62,291 nucleotides of DNA from Desulfobacteraceae bacterium (GTDB taxonomy: Bacteria > Desulfobacterota > Desulfobacteria > Desulfobacterales > Desulfobacteraceae): positions 1 to 62,291 of the forward strand of contig JAWLES010000001.1 in the NCBI GenBank assembly GCA_041685935.1, read 5' to 3'. Under the pieces are notes generated by a model. It was not told the DNA's origin. It worked only from the letters and a program-made list of their open reading frames with translations, and made no database searches. Shown here piece by piece: positions 29,275 through 40,000 of the stretch; the first letter of the stretch is position 1; each line of letters begins with the position of its first letter. Both the position numbers and the translations under genes were made by a program.

Positions 29275-31083
29275 ATGATAAAAAAGATATGGAATAAACT
29301 CGGCCCCAGGCAGCAGGAAGTTCTGCAGGTTATCCTCTCTTACTGGAGACTGCTTCTTGTGGCGGTATTCTGCATGATTGTAGTTGCAGCGTGCACATCT
29401 CTTTCCGCCTATCTGGTCAAACCCATGCTGGATGATATCTTTATCAAACAGGACAGGGACATGCTTTTGCTGCTTCCCGGAATGGCAATCGCTGTTTTTC
29501 TGCTCAAGGGCCTGGGAACATACGGTCAGCATTACCTGATGAGTTATGTGGGTGAAAGTGTTATTAAATACTATCGAAACATCCTGTATCATCGCATAAT
29601 AGATCTTCCCATCTCCTTTTTCCAGAAGGAAAAAACCGGTGTCCTCATGTCCCGGATCACCAATGATGTGAATATACTCAAGGGAATGGTTTCAAACGCA
29701 GTAACCAATGTGCTCAAGGACTTGTTTACCATAGTCGGTCTTGTCTGCGTGATTTTTTACATGGACTGGAAACTGGCTGCAGGGGCGTTTCTGGTCCTGC
29801 CCGCGGCATTTTACCCCATTGTGGCGTTCGGCAGGAAAGTCAGGCGTTTCAGTACCGGCACACAGGAAGCCATGGCTGACATAAACGCGTTTCTTCACGA
29901 GACCTTTTCAGGCAGCAAAATCGTCAAGATTTTTACCATGGAGGATCTTGAAAAGGAGAGATTTGAAGGGAAAACGGAAAAGCTTTTTAAGGTGGAAATG
30001 AAGAAAGTGAAGTTCAAGGCGCTTTCTTCCCCTGTCATGGAGTTCCTCGGAGGAATCGGAATCGCTTTTATTATCTGGTTCGGCGGCTCGCGGGTGATTT
30101 CAGGGGAATCCACACCAGGCACGTTCTTTTCCTTTCTCACCGCGGTAATGATGCTGTATGACCCGATAAAGAAGCTCAGTAAACTGAACAATACAGTCCA
30201 GGAGGGTCTGGCTGCTGTCACAAGGATATATGACATCCTTGAACAGCCTCCTGAAATCACGGAAAAAGAGGCGCCTGAGCATCTTGACGGCTCCGCTTTT
30301 AATGTCCGGTTTGAACAGGTGGTGTTTTCCTACAACAGGGAAGACCCGCCTGTACTGAAAGATATTGACATTCATGCGGAGCCGGGAGATATACTGGCCC
30401 TTGTGGGAATGAGCGGCGGCGGAAAAACCTCCCTTGTCAACCTGATTCCCAGGTTTCATGAAGCCACCGGGGGCAGGGTTCTTGTGGGAGGCAAAGATGT
30501 CAGGGATCTTTCGGTGAAATCGCTCAGGAAGCATATATCCATCGTTACCCAGGAGCCGATCCTGTTTAATGAGACCGTCAGGGACAATATCAGGTACGGA
30601 AGGCTGGACGCAAGTGACCAGGAGATCGAGGACGCTGCCGGGGCGGCCTATGCCTACGATTTTATCACCGGCTTTCCCAAGGGGTTTGATACGGTGATCG
30701 GAGAGTTGGGCAATCGGCTTTCAGGCGGGGAGAAACAGCGGATATGCATTGCACGGGCACTTGTTAAGGATGCTCCGGTTCTCATCCTGGACGAGGCCAC
30801 CTCAGCCCTGGATACGGAATCCGAGAACGTGGTCCAGAAAGCACTGGCTAATCTGATGAAAGGGCGGACCACTTTTGTAATCGCTCACAGGCTGTCCACA
30901 ATTGCCCATGCCAACAGGGTGATTCTTCTTAAAAACGGAAGAATCGCGGAGCAGGGCAGCCATGATGAACTAATGGACAAAAGGGGGGAGTATTATAAAC
31001 TCCAGAAAATGCAGACATCAAACAATATAATAGACTCACGGTTTAAAGGAGATGAGTATGACTATATCCAGGGAACTGCTTGA
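29275..31083 (+). CDS. msbA: Lipid A export ABC transporter (permease + ATPase)
   Basis: Six-TM exporter domain followed by an NBD with Walker A GMSGGGKTS, LSGGEKQR and ILDEATSALD. Confidence 0.85.
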   Translation: MIKKIWNKLGPRQQEVLQVILSYWRLLLVAVFCMIVVAACTSLSAYLVKPMLDDIFIKQDRDMLLLLPGMAIAVFLLKGLGTYGQHYLMSYVGESVIKYYRNILYHRIIDLPISFFQKEKTGVLMSRITNDVNILKGMVSNAVTNVLKDLFTIVGLVCVIFYMDWKLAAGAFLVLPAAFYPIVAFGRKVRRFSTGTQEAMADINAFLHETFSGSKIVKIFTMEDLEKERFEGKTEKLFKVEMKKVKFKALSSPVMEFLGGIGIAFIIWFGGSRVISGESTPGTFFSFLTAVMMLYDPIKKLSKLNNTVQEGLAAVTRIYDILEQPPEITEKEAPEHLDGSAFNVRFEQVVFSYNREDPPVLKDIDIHAEPGDILALVGMSGGGKTSLVNLIPRFHEATGGRVLVGGKDVRDLSVKSLRKHISIVTQEPILFNETVRDNIRYGRLDASDQEIEDAAGAAYAYDFITGFPKGFDTVIGELGNRLSGGEKQRICIARALVKDAPVLILDEATSALDTESENVVQKALANLMKGRTTFVIAHRLSTIAHANRVILLKNGRIAEQGSHDELMDKRGEYYKLQKMQTSNNIIDSRFKGDEYDYIQGTA

Positions 31084-31231
31084 AATCCTTGCCTGCCCGA
31101 AGTGCAAGGGAGAAATTGCACCAAACGGAGACCACACCGGTCTTGTGTGTGAAACTTGTCGGCTGGAGTATCCGGTGAAGGATGATATCCCGATAATGCT
31201 TGTGGACGAGGCTGAGCCGCTTGACAGATGA
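31052..31231 (+). CDS. Trm112/YcaR (UPF0434) family small zinc-ribbon protein
   Basis: 59-codon ORF below the track size cut-off: MSMTISRELLEILACPKCKGEI...LVCETCRLEYPVKDDIPIMLVDEA. This is the classic Trm112 pattern. It overlaps the msbA 3' end by 32 nt and the next gene by 4 nt. Confidence 0.75.
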   Translation: MSMTISRELLEILACPKCKGEIAPNGDHTGLVCETCRLEYPVKDDIPIMLVDEAEPLDR

Positions 31232-31776
31232 GTGTGCTTAAAGAACCGGAACCGGCCAAATTGATCACCAGCCTTTTCATGAAAGACACAACGCTTTTGG
31301 CGGATATTTTTTCCCTTCTGGAGGAAAAGTTCGGCCGGGCGGACATGGTCAGCAGGTGGTTTGACTTCGATTTTACCTCCTATTACCACCGGGAAATGGG
31401 AACTCCTCTTTTCAGGAGGATGGTGGTTTTCGAGCCCCTGGTCGGACAGGCGGACCTTGCCGGGATAAAGCAGGAGTGCATGCGCATGGAAACCCTTTAT
31501 CAAAGGGGTGAAAACAGGAGGATCAACATTGACCCGGGATATCTGGTTCCTTCACGGTTCATTCTTGCCACGGGCAAGGATTATGCCCACAGAATCTGTA
31601 TCGGTAAACACGTTTACGCAGACCTGACGCTGATTTACAAAAACCATGATTTTGCTCCGCTGGAATGGACCTATCCGGATTATGCAGACCGGCGCATGCG
31701 GGATTTTCTTTTGAAGGTCAGGGCAAAGTATCTGATGGATAAAAAGCGGAGCACACCGGAGAATTTTTATGATTAA
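31228..31776 (+). CDS. Conserved hypothetical protein (DUF4416-like, from memory)
   Basis: 182-aa ORF translationally coupled on both sides. The family assignment is a recollection, not a search result. Confidence 0.45.
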   Translation: MSVLKEPEPAKLITSLFMKDTTLLADIFSLLEEKFGRADMVSRWFDFDFTSYYHREMGTPLFRRMVVFEPLVGQADLAGIKQECMRMETLYQRGENRRINIDPGYLVPSRFILATGKDYAHRICIGKHVYADLTLIYKNHDFAPLEWTYPDYADRRMRDFLLKVRAKYLMDKKRSTPENFYD

Positions 31777-32653
31777 AAGCATGACCGCCTTTGCGGAGGT
31801 TGAGCACACAATTGAAGAAATCCGGGTCGCCGCATCGATCCGGACGTATAACAGCCGGCACCTGGACACAGTGGTATTTATTCCGGATTCTCTGAGATTT
31901 CTGGAAGATAAAGTTAAAAAAAGTGCGGCAGAAAGGCTGGACAGGGGCAGGGTTGAGATCCGGCTTTCCATTGAGAATACGGCTTCGGACTCCATTCTTT
32001 TCAGTGTTGATGAAAAGCGTGCCGAGGCATACCTTCAGGCGCTGAAGCACCTGAAGGATAAATGCGGCATAACATCCGACATCACCCTTGATCTTCTTTT
32101 GTCAGGAAGGGATATGATTGTTTCAAAACAGGCGGATCAGGATGGAACATCAGTTCGGCAGGCTGTTTTTGAAACCCTTGATAAGGCTCTGGACCGGATT
32201 GAGGAAATGAGGGAACGGGAGGGAAGATCCCTTGCCGCCGATCTGGAGTATCGTTTAAACACGATGGAAAACGGGCTTGAACTGATCGCGGAAAAAGCGG
32301 AAAATGTTCCAGCCGCCTATAAAGAAAGGCTGCAGGAAAGAATCGAATCCCTTGCCGGAGGTTCGGCAGAGGGGCTTGATCCCGTGCGCATAGCTCAGGA
32401 GGCGGCAATTCTGGCTGACAAGAGTGATATTTCAGAGGAGCTTGTCAGGTCTGAAAGCCATATCAAGCAGGCAAGGCGGATGATCGCCTCTGATGACCCC
32501 GGAGGCAGGAAACTCAATTTCCTTGCCCAGGAGCTGAACCGGGAATTCAATACAATGGGTGCGAAATCCCCGTCTGTGGATATTTCCCAGGCTGTTGTCG
32601 AATTGAAATCCGAACTGGAAAAAGTAAGGGAGCAGGTGCAGAACATTGAATAA
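31769..32653 (+). CDS. yicC: YicC/YloC family stress-induced protein
   Basis: [10 protein letters not shown]-terminus and C-terminal [13 protein letters not shown]. Confidence 0.85.
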   Translation: MIKSMTAFAEVEHTIEEIRVAASIRTYNSRHLDTVVFIPDSLRFLEDKVKKSAAERLDRGRVEIRLSIENTASDSILFSVDEKRAEAYLQALKHLKDKCGITSDITLDLLLSGRDMIVSKQADQDGTSVRQAVFETLDKALDRIEEMREREGRSLAADLEYRLNTMENGLELIAEKAENVPAAYKERLQERIESLAGGSAEGLDPVRIAQEAAILADKSDISEELVRSESHIKQARRMIASDDPGGRKLNFLAQELNREFNTMGAKSPSVDISQAVVELKSELEKVREQVQNIE

Positions 32654-32960
32654 GTCAAAACTGGTTAAAACGGACCCGGTCATGGAACAGGTAATGCTGA
32701 ATATCGGCTTCGGCAACACTGTGGTTGCCGAAAGGGTGGTGACGATACTTGCGCCGAATTCTTCTCCAATGCGGCGGCTGAAGGATGAAGCAAAGGAGCA
32801 CAACCGGCTGGTGGACGCCACCCACGGAAGGAAGACAAGAGCCATAGTTCTTACGGACAGCAATCATGTGATCCTTTCCGCGATTCAGGCGGAAACCCTG
32901 TCCCAGAGATATGCAGCCCTTCACCGGACAAGGGAAACACAGGACGGGGAGCAGCAATGA
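32646..32960 (+). CDS. remA: RemA/YlzA (DUF370) family protein
   Basis: [26 protein letters not shown]...[25 protein letters not shown]. It sits between yicC and gmk, as in Firmicutes. The start is probably at an internal Met. Confidence 0.8.
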   Translation: MNKSKLVKTDPVMEQVMLNIGFGNTVVAERVVTILAPNSSPMRRLKDEAKEHNRLVDATHGRKTRAIVLTDSNHVILSAIQAETLSQRYAALHRTRETQDGEQQ

Positions 32961-33535
32961 CTGAAAATACACAAACCGGCAGGGGGAGAATATTCGTGGT
33001 TTCAGCACCCAGCGGAGCAGGCAAGACAACCCTGTGCAGGTCCGTTATCAGTGAGTTTGACCGGCTTTTCTATTCGGTCTCTCACACCACCCGAAAGGCA
33101 AGGGTGGATGAGACGGATTCCGTTGACTACTTTTTTATCAGCAAAAAGGAGTTCGAGGACAGGATCGCTGAAAACTACTGGGCTGAATGGGCAAGGGTCC
33201 ATGACAATTACTACGGCACCTCAAAGGATTTTCTCAATGAGAAAATCAGTTCCGGAAATAGTGTCCTGCTGGATATCGATGTTCAGGGCGCAGGTCTGAT
33301 CAAGAAAGCGTTTCCCGAGGCCGTTACCATATTTGTCATGCCGCCCTCTTTTGAGGTCCTGGAAGAGCGGCTCCGCAAAAGGGGGACCGACTCCGAGGGA
33401 GTCATCCTGAACCGGCTTGAAAACGCAGGCAGGGAGATGGACAGAAAAGGGTGGTATGATTTTATTGTCATCAATGATGATTTTGAAAAGGCCCGCAGGA
33501 AAATGATCGACATTATAAGCGAGCATATAAGGTGA
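32957..33535 (+). CDS. gmk: Guanylate kinase
   Basis: P-loop [10 protein letters not shown] and SHTTRKAR. Confidence 0.9.
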   Translation: MTENTQTGRGRIFVVSAPSGAGKTTLCRSVISEFDRLFYSVSHTTRKARVDETDSVDYFFISKKEFEDRIAENYWAEWARVHDNYYGTSKDFLNEKISSGNSVLLDIDVQGAGLIKKAFPEAVTIFVMPPSFEVLEERLRKRGTDSEGVILNRLENAGREMDRKGWYDFIVINDDFEKARRKMIDIISEHIR

Positions 33536-34305
33536 GTTCCGGGCCGGGGAAAAAGGAGGTACTGTACGGTATCCATCCGATTTTTGAGGCTTTGAAGGCC
33601 GGCAGAAGGCGGTTTGAAAAAGTATTCGCCGTTAAGGGGGTGGAAAAGTCAAGACCGGGGAAGGTCGTTGAAAAAGCCCTTCAAAAGGGGATCGAGGTGG
33701 AGTATGTGAATTCTGAGATCATGGATAGGATCACCAGGGGCGCCCGGCATCAGGGGGTTGCCGCAAAGGTATCTCCCTTTCCGGTCAAGCCGGCTTCCAG
33801 GGCCCTGGAAAAGCTGGATAAAAGGAGCTCTTTCTGCCTTGTTCTAATTCTGGAAAACCTTGAAGATCCACATAACTTCGGTGCTCTTATACGTACCGCA
33901 CTCTGTGCCGGGGTGAATTATATCCTGATTCCCAAGGATCGGTCGGTTTCCCCCTTACCTTCGGTGTCGGTCAGCTCGGCCGGTGCCATGGAGCATTCCG
34001 ACATATACCTTGTCACCAACACCGCTTCTTTAATCAAGTCCTTAAAGGAGAGGGGGATATGGGTTGCAGGTCTTGATGCAGGCGGAGAGACCCGGCTTTA
34101 TGACGCCGATTTCGGCGGTGACCTGGCCGTTGTGGTGGGCGGGGAACACAAAGGAATCCGCCCTCTTGTCAGACGGAGCTGTGATTACCTTGTTTATATC
34201 CCTGCCGCCGGCGGGGTCAGTTCGCTGAACGCGTCCGTAGCCGGTGGAATAGCGCTTTACGAGGCTTACCGCCAGAGAACCTTAAAACTTACAGGAGAGA
34301 GTTGA
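33532..34305 (+). CDS. rlmB: 23S rRNA (guanosine-2'-O)-methyltransferase, SpoU/TrmH family (RlmB-like)
   Basis: SpoU motifs LENLEDPHNFGALIRT, VVGGEHKGI and SLNASVAGGIALYE. Confidence 0.8.
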   Translation: MSSGPGKKEVLYGIHPIFEALKAGRRRFEKVFAVKGVEKSRPGKVVEKALQKGIEVEYVNSEIMDRITRGARHQGVAAKVSPFPVKPASRALEKLDKRSSFCLVLILENLEDPHNFGALIRTALCAGVNYILIPKDRSVSPLPSVSVSSAGAMEHSDIYLVTNTASLIKSLKERGIWVAGLDAGGETRLYDADFGGDLAVVVGGEHKGIRPLVRRSCDYLVYIPAAGGVSSLNASVAGGIALYEAYRQRTLKLTGES

Positions 34306-35532
34306 ATGTCTCAGAAAATAACCCTTGATGAACACCTGAAACCTGCTGTCCCGGACAGGCCGGTTATTCCGTATATCGAGGGAGACGGTATCGGGGCGGA
34401 TATATGGAAGGCTGCCATGCCTGTCCTGGATGCTGCTGTGAAAAAGGCATACCATGGCAGGCGAGCCATTGAGTGGATGGAGATTTATGCAGGTGAAAAA
34501 GGGTTTCAAAGGGATGGGGAGTGGCTTTCCGGTTCCTCTGTTGAAACCATCCGGCTGCACGGGGTTGCCATAAAAGGGCCGCTGGCAACTCCTGTTGGTG
34601 AAGGGATGCGGAGCCTTAATGTAAGAATCCGTCAGGATCTTGACCTTTATGCATGTATCCGCCCGGTACGGTATTACCCGCCTGTTCCGAACCCTGTAAA
34701 GCACCCGGAGAGAGTGAATATTACAGTTTTCAGGGAGAACACCGAAGATCTGTATGCCGGAATCGAGTGTGATTCAGCCTCGGACAATGCTGCAAGGCTG
34801 ATCAGGTTTATTAAGGATGAGCTGAAGTGCACCATTCCGGAAGATTCCTCCATCGGCATTAAACCCATCTCCCCGGGAAGGACCAAGCGCCTTGTGGCAC
34901 GGGCTGTGGAATATGCAAAAGCCAAGGGCCTCAGGAGTGTCACTTTGATGCACAAGGGAAATATCATGAAGTTTACCGAGGGGTATTTCCGGAAATGGGG
35001 GTATGAGGAGGCGTTTGAGAATTATGCAGATGATGTGATCACAGAGGACGAAGTGTTTGAAAAATACGGAGGCAAAGTACCCGGTTCCAGAATTATGATC
35101 AGGGATCGAATTGCGGACATGGTTTTTGCGGAAGTGCTTCTGCGGCCGGAAAACTTTGATGTAATCGCATGTCCCAACCTGAACGGAGATTTTATTTCAG
35201 ATGCCCTTGCCGCACAGGTGGGAGGGCTGGGAATCGCTCCGGGAGCCAATGTGGGAGACGAATGCGCCGTATTCGAGGCCACCCACGGCACTGCGCCGGA
35301 TATTGCAGGAAAGGATAAGGCCAATCCCTGCTCTTTGATTCTTTCCGGGGCTTTGATGTTTGATCATATGGGATGGGACGGGGCTGCGGATCTCGTGCGT
35401 AAAGGGGTGAGCCGCGCCCTCGCCTCAAGACGGGTGACTGCGGATCTCGCCTCCGGCATACGGGATGGACACGAGGTGACATGCTCGGAATTCGGGAAAA
35501 TTGTAGCAAAAGAGATATCTCAGAGGTCATAA
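34306..35532 (+). CDS. icd: NADP-dependent isocitrate dehydrogenase
   Basis: SLNVRIRQDLDLYACIRPVRY, NGDFISDALAAQVGGLG and ATHGTAPDIAGK. Confidence 0.9.
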   Translation: MSQKITLDEHLKPAVPDRPVIPYIEGDGIGADIWKAAMPVLDAAVKKAYHGRRAIEWMEIYAGEKGFQRDGEWLSGSSVETIRLHGVAIKGPLATPVGEGMRSLNVRIRQDLDLYACIRPVRYYPPVPNPVKHPERVNITVFRENTEDLYAGIECDSASDNAARLIRFIKDELKCTIPEDSSIGIKPISPGRTKRLVARAVEYAKAKGLRSVTLMHKGNIMKFTEGYFRKWGYEEAFENYADDVITEDEVFEKYGGKVPGSRIMIRDRIADMVFAEVLLRPENFDVIACPNLNGDFISDALAAQVGGLGIAPGANVGDECAVFEATHGTAPDIAGKDKANPCSLILSGALMFDHMGWDGAADLVRKGVSRALASRRVTADLASGIRDGHEVTCSEFGKIVAKEISQRS

Positions 35533-36311
35533 ACCGTTCTCTGGAAAGATTGTCCGGAATCCTGTTTCCGCAAAAGTGTATGAAATGCAGCGGGTTTATT
35601 GACGGGCAGCCCCTGTCAAAGAGCGCTTCCGGGCCTGAAGTGTTTCAGCCGTATTTCTGTTCCGGGTGTCAAATGGCCGGGTATGACCCCTTTGAACCAC
35701 CGTTCTGCAATGCTTGCGGAATGAAGTTTAATACTGAAGCCTCCCGGCTCCATCTCTGCGGAAGCTGCCTGGCCGGGCGCCCTCACGCAGGACGGGTCAG
35801 GGCCGGCGGAATGTATTCAGGTATTCTGAAGGATGCGGTGCACCTTTTGAAGTACAGCAGCAGGCTGTCCCTTGCCCGTCCCATGGGATATCTGCTGTTT
35901 TCCGCCTATGTACAGTATTTTTCCGACATCAGCCGGCCTTTGCTTGTGCCGATTCCGCTTCATGTCTCCAAGCTGAAACACAGGGGATTCAATCAGTCTT
36001 TTCTTATTGCAAGGGCCCTCAGCAAGCGAACATCGGCAAACCCGTTCAGGCCGGGCGGATTGGAAATCGATGCGCACTCAATGATTCGCAAGCGTAAGAC
36101 CCCTTCACAGACGGATTTTTCAGTCGAACAGAGGCTGCGGAATGTAAAAGATGCATTCACGGTGGTAAAACCGGGAAAAATTGAGGGAAGGCGGATTGTT
36201 CTGGTGGATGATGTCTATACCACGGGAGCCACCTGCAATGAGGCTGCAAATACTCTTTTGAACGCCGGGGCGCGGTCCGTGGATACTCTTGTGGCTGCAA
36301 GGGCTTTTTGA
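35481..36311 (+). CDS. comF: ComF family protein (phosphoribosyltransferase-like)
   Basis: N-terminal Cys-rich finger (CMKCSG...CSGC...CNACG...CGSC) and PRT motif VLVDDVYTTGAT. The start is uncertain; the track start overlaps icd. Confidence 0.7.
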   Translation: MLGIRENCSKRDISEVINRSLERLSGILFPQKCMKCSGFIDGQPLSKSASGPEVFQPYFCSGCQMAGYDPFEPPFCNACGMKFNTEASRLHLCGSCLAGRPHAGRVRAGGMYSGILKDAVHLLKYSSRLSLARPMGYLLFSAYVQYFSDISRPLLVPIPLHVSKLKHRGFNQSFLIARALSKRTSANPFRPGGLEIDAHSMIRKRKTPSQTDFSVEQRLRNVKDAFTVVKPGKIEGRRIVLVDDVYTTGATCNEAANTLLNAGARSVDTLVAARAF

Positions 36312-36461
36312 AAAACATTGACAGGAGAGCTGTTTTGAACTAACGTAACCTCAATAAGCGGAGAATGAGTTATCATTCGCTTGAGACGGGCATGAAACTG
36401 CTGTTTTTTTTAGTCCGCCGATGCTGTTTCATCACCAAAACCTTTACAGGGGAATAACAGT

Positions 36462-36929
36462 ATGGCTGAGAAGGTGTTTGTGAACGGGAACAACGTTGCA
36501 ACATTCGTATGCCCTGAATGCGGGAAGGCCAGGCGCAAAGAGGTCTCCAGGTTTGCAGGCCTGGACGGGGAAGTCAAGCTCAAAGCCAGATGCGGTTGCG
36601 GCCACGCCTACCCGGCGGTATTGGAAAGAAGGAAGCAGGCAAGAAAAGAGGTGAACCTGAGAGGGGCTGTGTATGATCAGGGCAAACGGGTGCCGGTGAA
36701 AGTGGAAAATCTTTCCAGAAAGGGACTGAAATTGAAGCTCATAAACCGTACCGAGTTTAAAGTCGGCGAAAGGGTCAGGGTTGAATTCACCCTTGATGAT
36801 GCATCCGCTTCAAAAGTGATCAGAGACGCGGTTGTAAGGAAAAAATGTCCCGGTACCGCCGGGGTTGAGTTTGTGAACTCCGAGCATTATGACAAGTTCG
36901 GTGCCTACCTTTTGTTTCACCTGAGTTAA
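36462..36929 (+). CDS. PilZ domain protein with N-terminal zinc ribbon
   Basis: CPECG...CGCGH ribbon. PilZ motifs RRKQAR (RxxxR) and NLSRKG (D/NxSxxG). Confidence 0.65.
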   Translation: MAEKVFVNGNNVATFVCPECGKARRKEVSRFAGLDGEVKLKARCGCGHAYPAVLERRKQARKEVNLRGAVYDQGKRVPVKVENLSRKGLKLKLINRTEFKVGERVRVEFTLDDASASKVIRDAVVRKKCPGTAGVEFVNSEHYDKFGAYLLFHLS

Positions 36930-37004
36930 CCTCTATCGTTTTTTCCTTGATCTTGCAAGGCGGCGGTGGATGATGCAATCATTTTTGATCTTACAAGGTA
37001 AGTT

Positions 37005-40000
37005 ATGAAAATATTCAGATCCCTGAAAGCTGCTACGCTTCTGACATCATTTGTCGTTCTTGTGTTTCTCGGTATCTCCCTTTTCGGCTCATGGTATTTT
37101 CTTGCCATGAAAGACCATGAAAAAGAAATTCAAAGCTTCAGGCAGGACTATCTTGAGCAGGAAAAACGTAATTTGAGAAGGGAGGTTGACCGGGTAATCA
37201 ACTATATCCGGTACAAGCATGAGGATGTTTTAAAAGAGACCAGGGCCGAGATTCAGTCAAGGGTTGAGAAGGGATTTGATATAACGGAAGGCATTTATGA
37301 GGCCAGCAGGGGTAAGTTCCCGCAACACAGGATAAAGGGGTTTGTGAAAGATGCTTTACGGCCGGTGCGCTTTGACCGGGGCAAAGGATACTATTTTATC
37401 CTGGACACCGAAGGAACGGAGATTCTTTATCCCACTGAGCCCGGACACGAAGGAAAGAAAATGCTTGACCTCCGGGATGCCGAAGGCAGTTATGTGATCC
37501 GCGAGGAAATAAGGAAGGCAAAGGAACAAGGCAGCGGATTTGTCAGAGCCTACTGGAAAAAGCCTGGCGGCCCCGATCAGATGATTTATCCCAAAATATC
37601 CTATGTGAAACTTTTCAAACCGCTGGACTGGATTATAGGTACGGGCGTATACTTGGACGATAAGGAAAAGGCGGCTCGAAACAAGATCTTGAAAAGAATC
37701 GAAAGCATCAACTACGGCAGGGATGATTACGTGTATGTGCTTGGTACGGACGGCAGGCTTTTAAGCCATCCCATTGACTCTCTTGTCAACAAAGCTCTTT
37801 CCGATATTAAAAATCCTGAACGGGTAAAGGTGATCAAGGATCAGCTTGCCCTGTGTGAAAAAAACGGGGAAGGATTCCTCAGGTACAGGTGGATGAAACC
37901 AAGCCTGGACCGGAGGGCGGAAAAGCTTACGTTTGTGAAATCCTACCCCAGGTGGGGCTGGATTATCGGAACCGGAGTTTATATTGATGATGTGGAAACC
38001 AAGGTTGCCAAGGCGAATTCCAGTTTCAGGGAAAAATTCAAAAGCCGGCTTATTTTGGCATTTTGTTTTTTTGCCTTTTTCATCATAGCCTCATTGTTTC
38101 TGAGCGCTTTTTTGTGGCGGAAGGTAAAGTCCGGGCTTGACAGTTTCAGGGAGTTTTTTATCCAGTCCGCTGCAGAGCATACAGTGATTGATGAGAGTGC
38201 GCTTGCATTTTCCGAATTTTCCGAGATCGCCTCGTACGCAAACCGTATGAACTTCGAGCGTATGACAGCGGAAAACCGTTTGAAAAGCAGTGAACAAAAA
38301 TACCGAAACATCCTGGAGAGCATCGAAGAAGGATATTACGAGGTGGATCTGACAGGCAGGCTTACCTTCTGCAATCAGGCCCTGTGCGACATTCTCGGGT
38401 ATGACATGACTGAGCTTAAATTAATGGAATACAAGGACTACATGGATGTTGACAACTCAAGGGCGATATACCGGACTTTTAACAAAGTATACCGGACCGG
38501 TGTTTCTGAAAAAGTATTTGACTGGAAGGTCGTCCGAAGGGATGGAGAAAGAAGGTATCTTCAGACTTCGGTTGCCCTGTTGAAGGATAATGACGGAAAC
38601 CGGACCGGATTCAGGGGAATGGCAAGGGACATAACCGAAAAAAAACAGGTGGAAGAGGAGCTGACCGGGACCAGAAAATTTCTCGAGGACATACTTGAAA
38701 GTGCGGTGGACGGGATCACCACCACTGACCTTAAAGGCAACATCGGCTATTTTTCCACAAAGATGCTGCACCTTTTGGGGTATGAGAAAAACGAGCTTAT
38801 CGGGAAAAAGGTGTACACCATTTATGAGAACGGGATTGAAGATGCCCGGTATATCATGAGGGAGCTCAATGAAAAGGGGGATCTCAAGGATCACGAGATG
38901 CGGCTTGTTACCAGTGACGGGGAGTTGATAGACATTATCGTTTCAGCCTCTTTCCTTAGGAATCACAAGGATGAAGTTACCGGGACCATGGGGGTGTTCA
39001 AGGATATGACGGAAAAGAAAAGTCTTGAATACCAGCTCAGGCAGGCACAGAAAATGGAGGCAATCGGAACCCTTGCCGGAGGAGTAGCCCATGATTTCAA
39101 CAATATTCTCCAGGCCATCAGCGGGTATACAACCATCATGTCAATGGACAAAGGCAGGGAAGATCCGGATTACAAGAGTCTCAACGCCATAAAAAAATCT
39201 GCTGAAAGGGCGGCGGAGCTTGTCAAGAAACTGCTGGTTTTCAGCCGGAAAATGGATACGGAGAAATCACCTCTGAACATCAACCAGGAGGTGGAACAGG
39301 CCAACAGCATCCTTAAGAGAACTATTCCGAAAATGATTGATATCGAGGTGGAGCTTGAAAAGGAGCCAGGCATAATTCACGCGGACCCGGTTCAGATAGA
39401 GCAGGTTATTCTGAATCTCGGCAGCAATGCTGCCGATGCTATGCCGGATGGGGGCAAAATCACAATAAAAACCCGGAACGTCTCTCTGGACCGGGAGTTC
39501 GTCCGGGCGCACATGGGTTCGGCATCCGGCAATTATGTAATGCTGACGGTGTCGGATACAGGTACCGGCATTGATCCGGAAACAAAAGAGCACATCTTTG
39601 AACCCTTTTTCACCACAAAGGAGCTTGGCAGGGGCACAGGTCTCGGACTCGCATCCGTATACGGGATTGTGAAAAATCACGGAGGATATATCACCTGTGA
39701 CAGCGAGGTGGGTGAGGGCACGCGGTTTACAATCTATTTTCCGGTGTTTAAGAAAGGGTCGGGCCGGCTGGACCGGGAGATGGGCAACAATACCCCCAAG
39801 GGCGGAACGGAAACGATCCTGGTGGTTGATGACGAGAAGGCCATACTCGATTTCTGCGGCTCTGCGCTCGGGCGTTTCGGATATGAAGTGATCACCGCAT
39901 CAAGCGGAGAAGAGGCCATTGAGTTGTATAAAGAGCGGCAGGACACCATTGACCTGGTGATTATGGATCTGAGTATGCCGGGCATGGGGGGACAAAGGTG

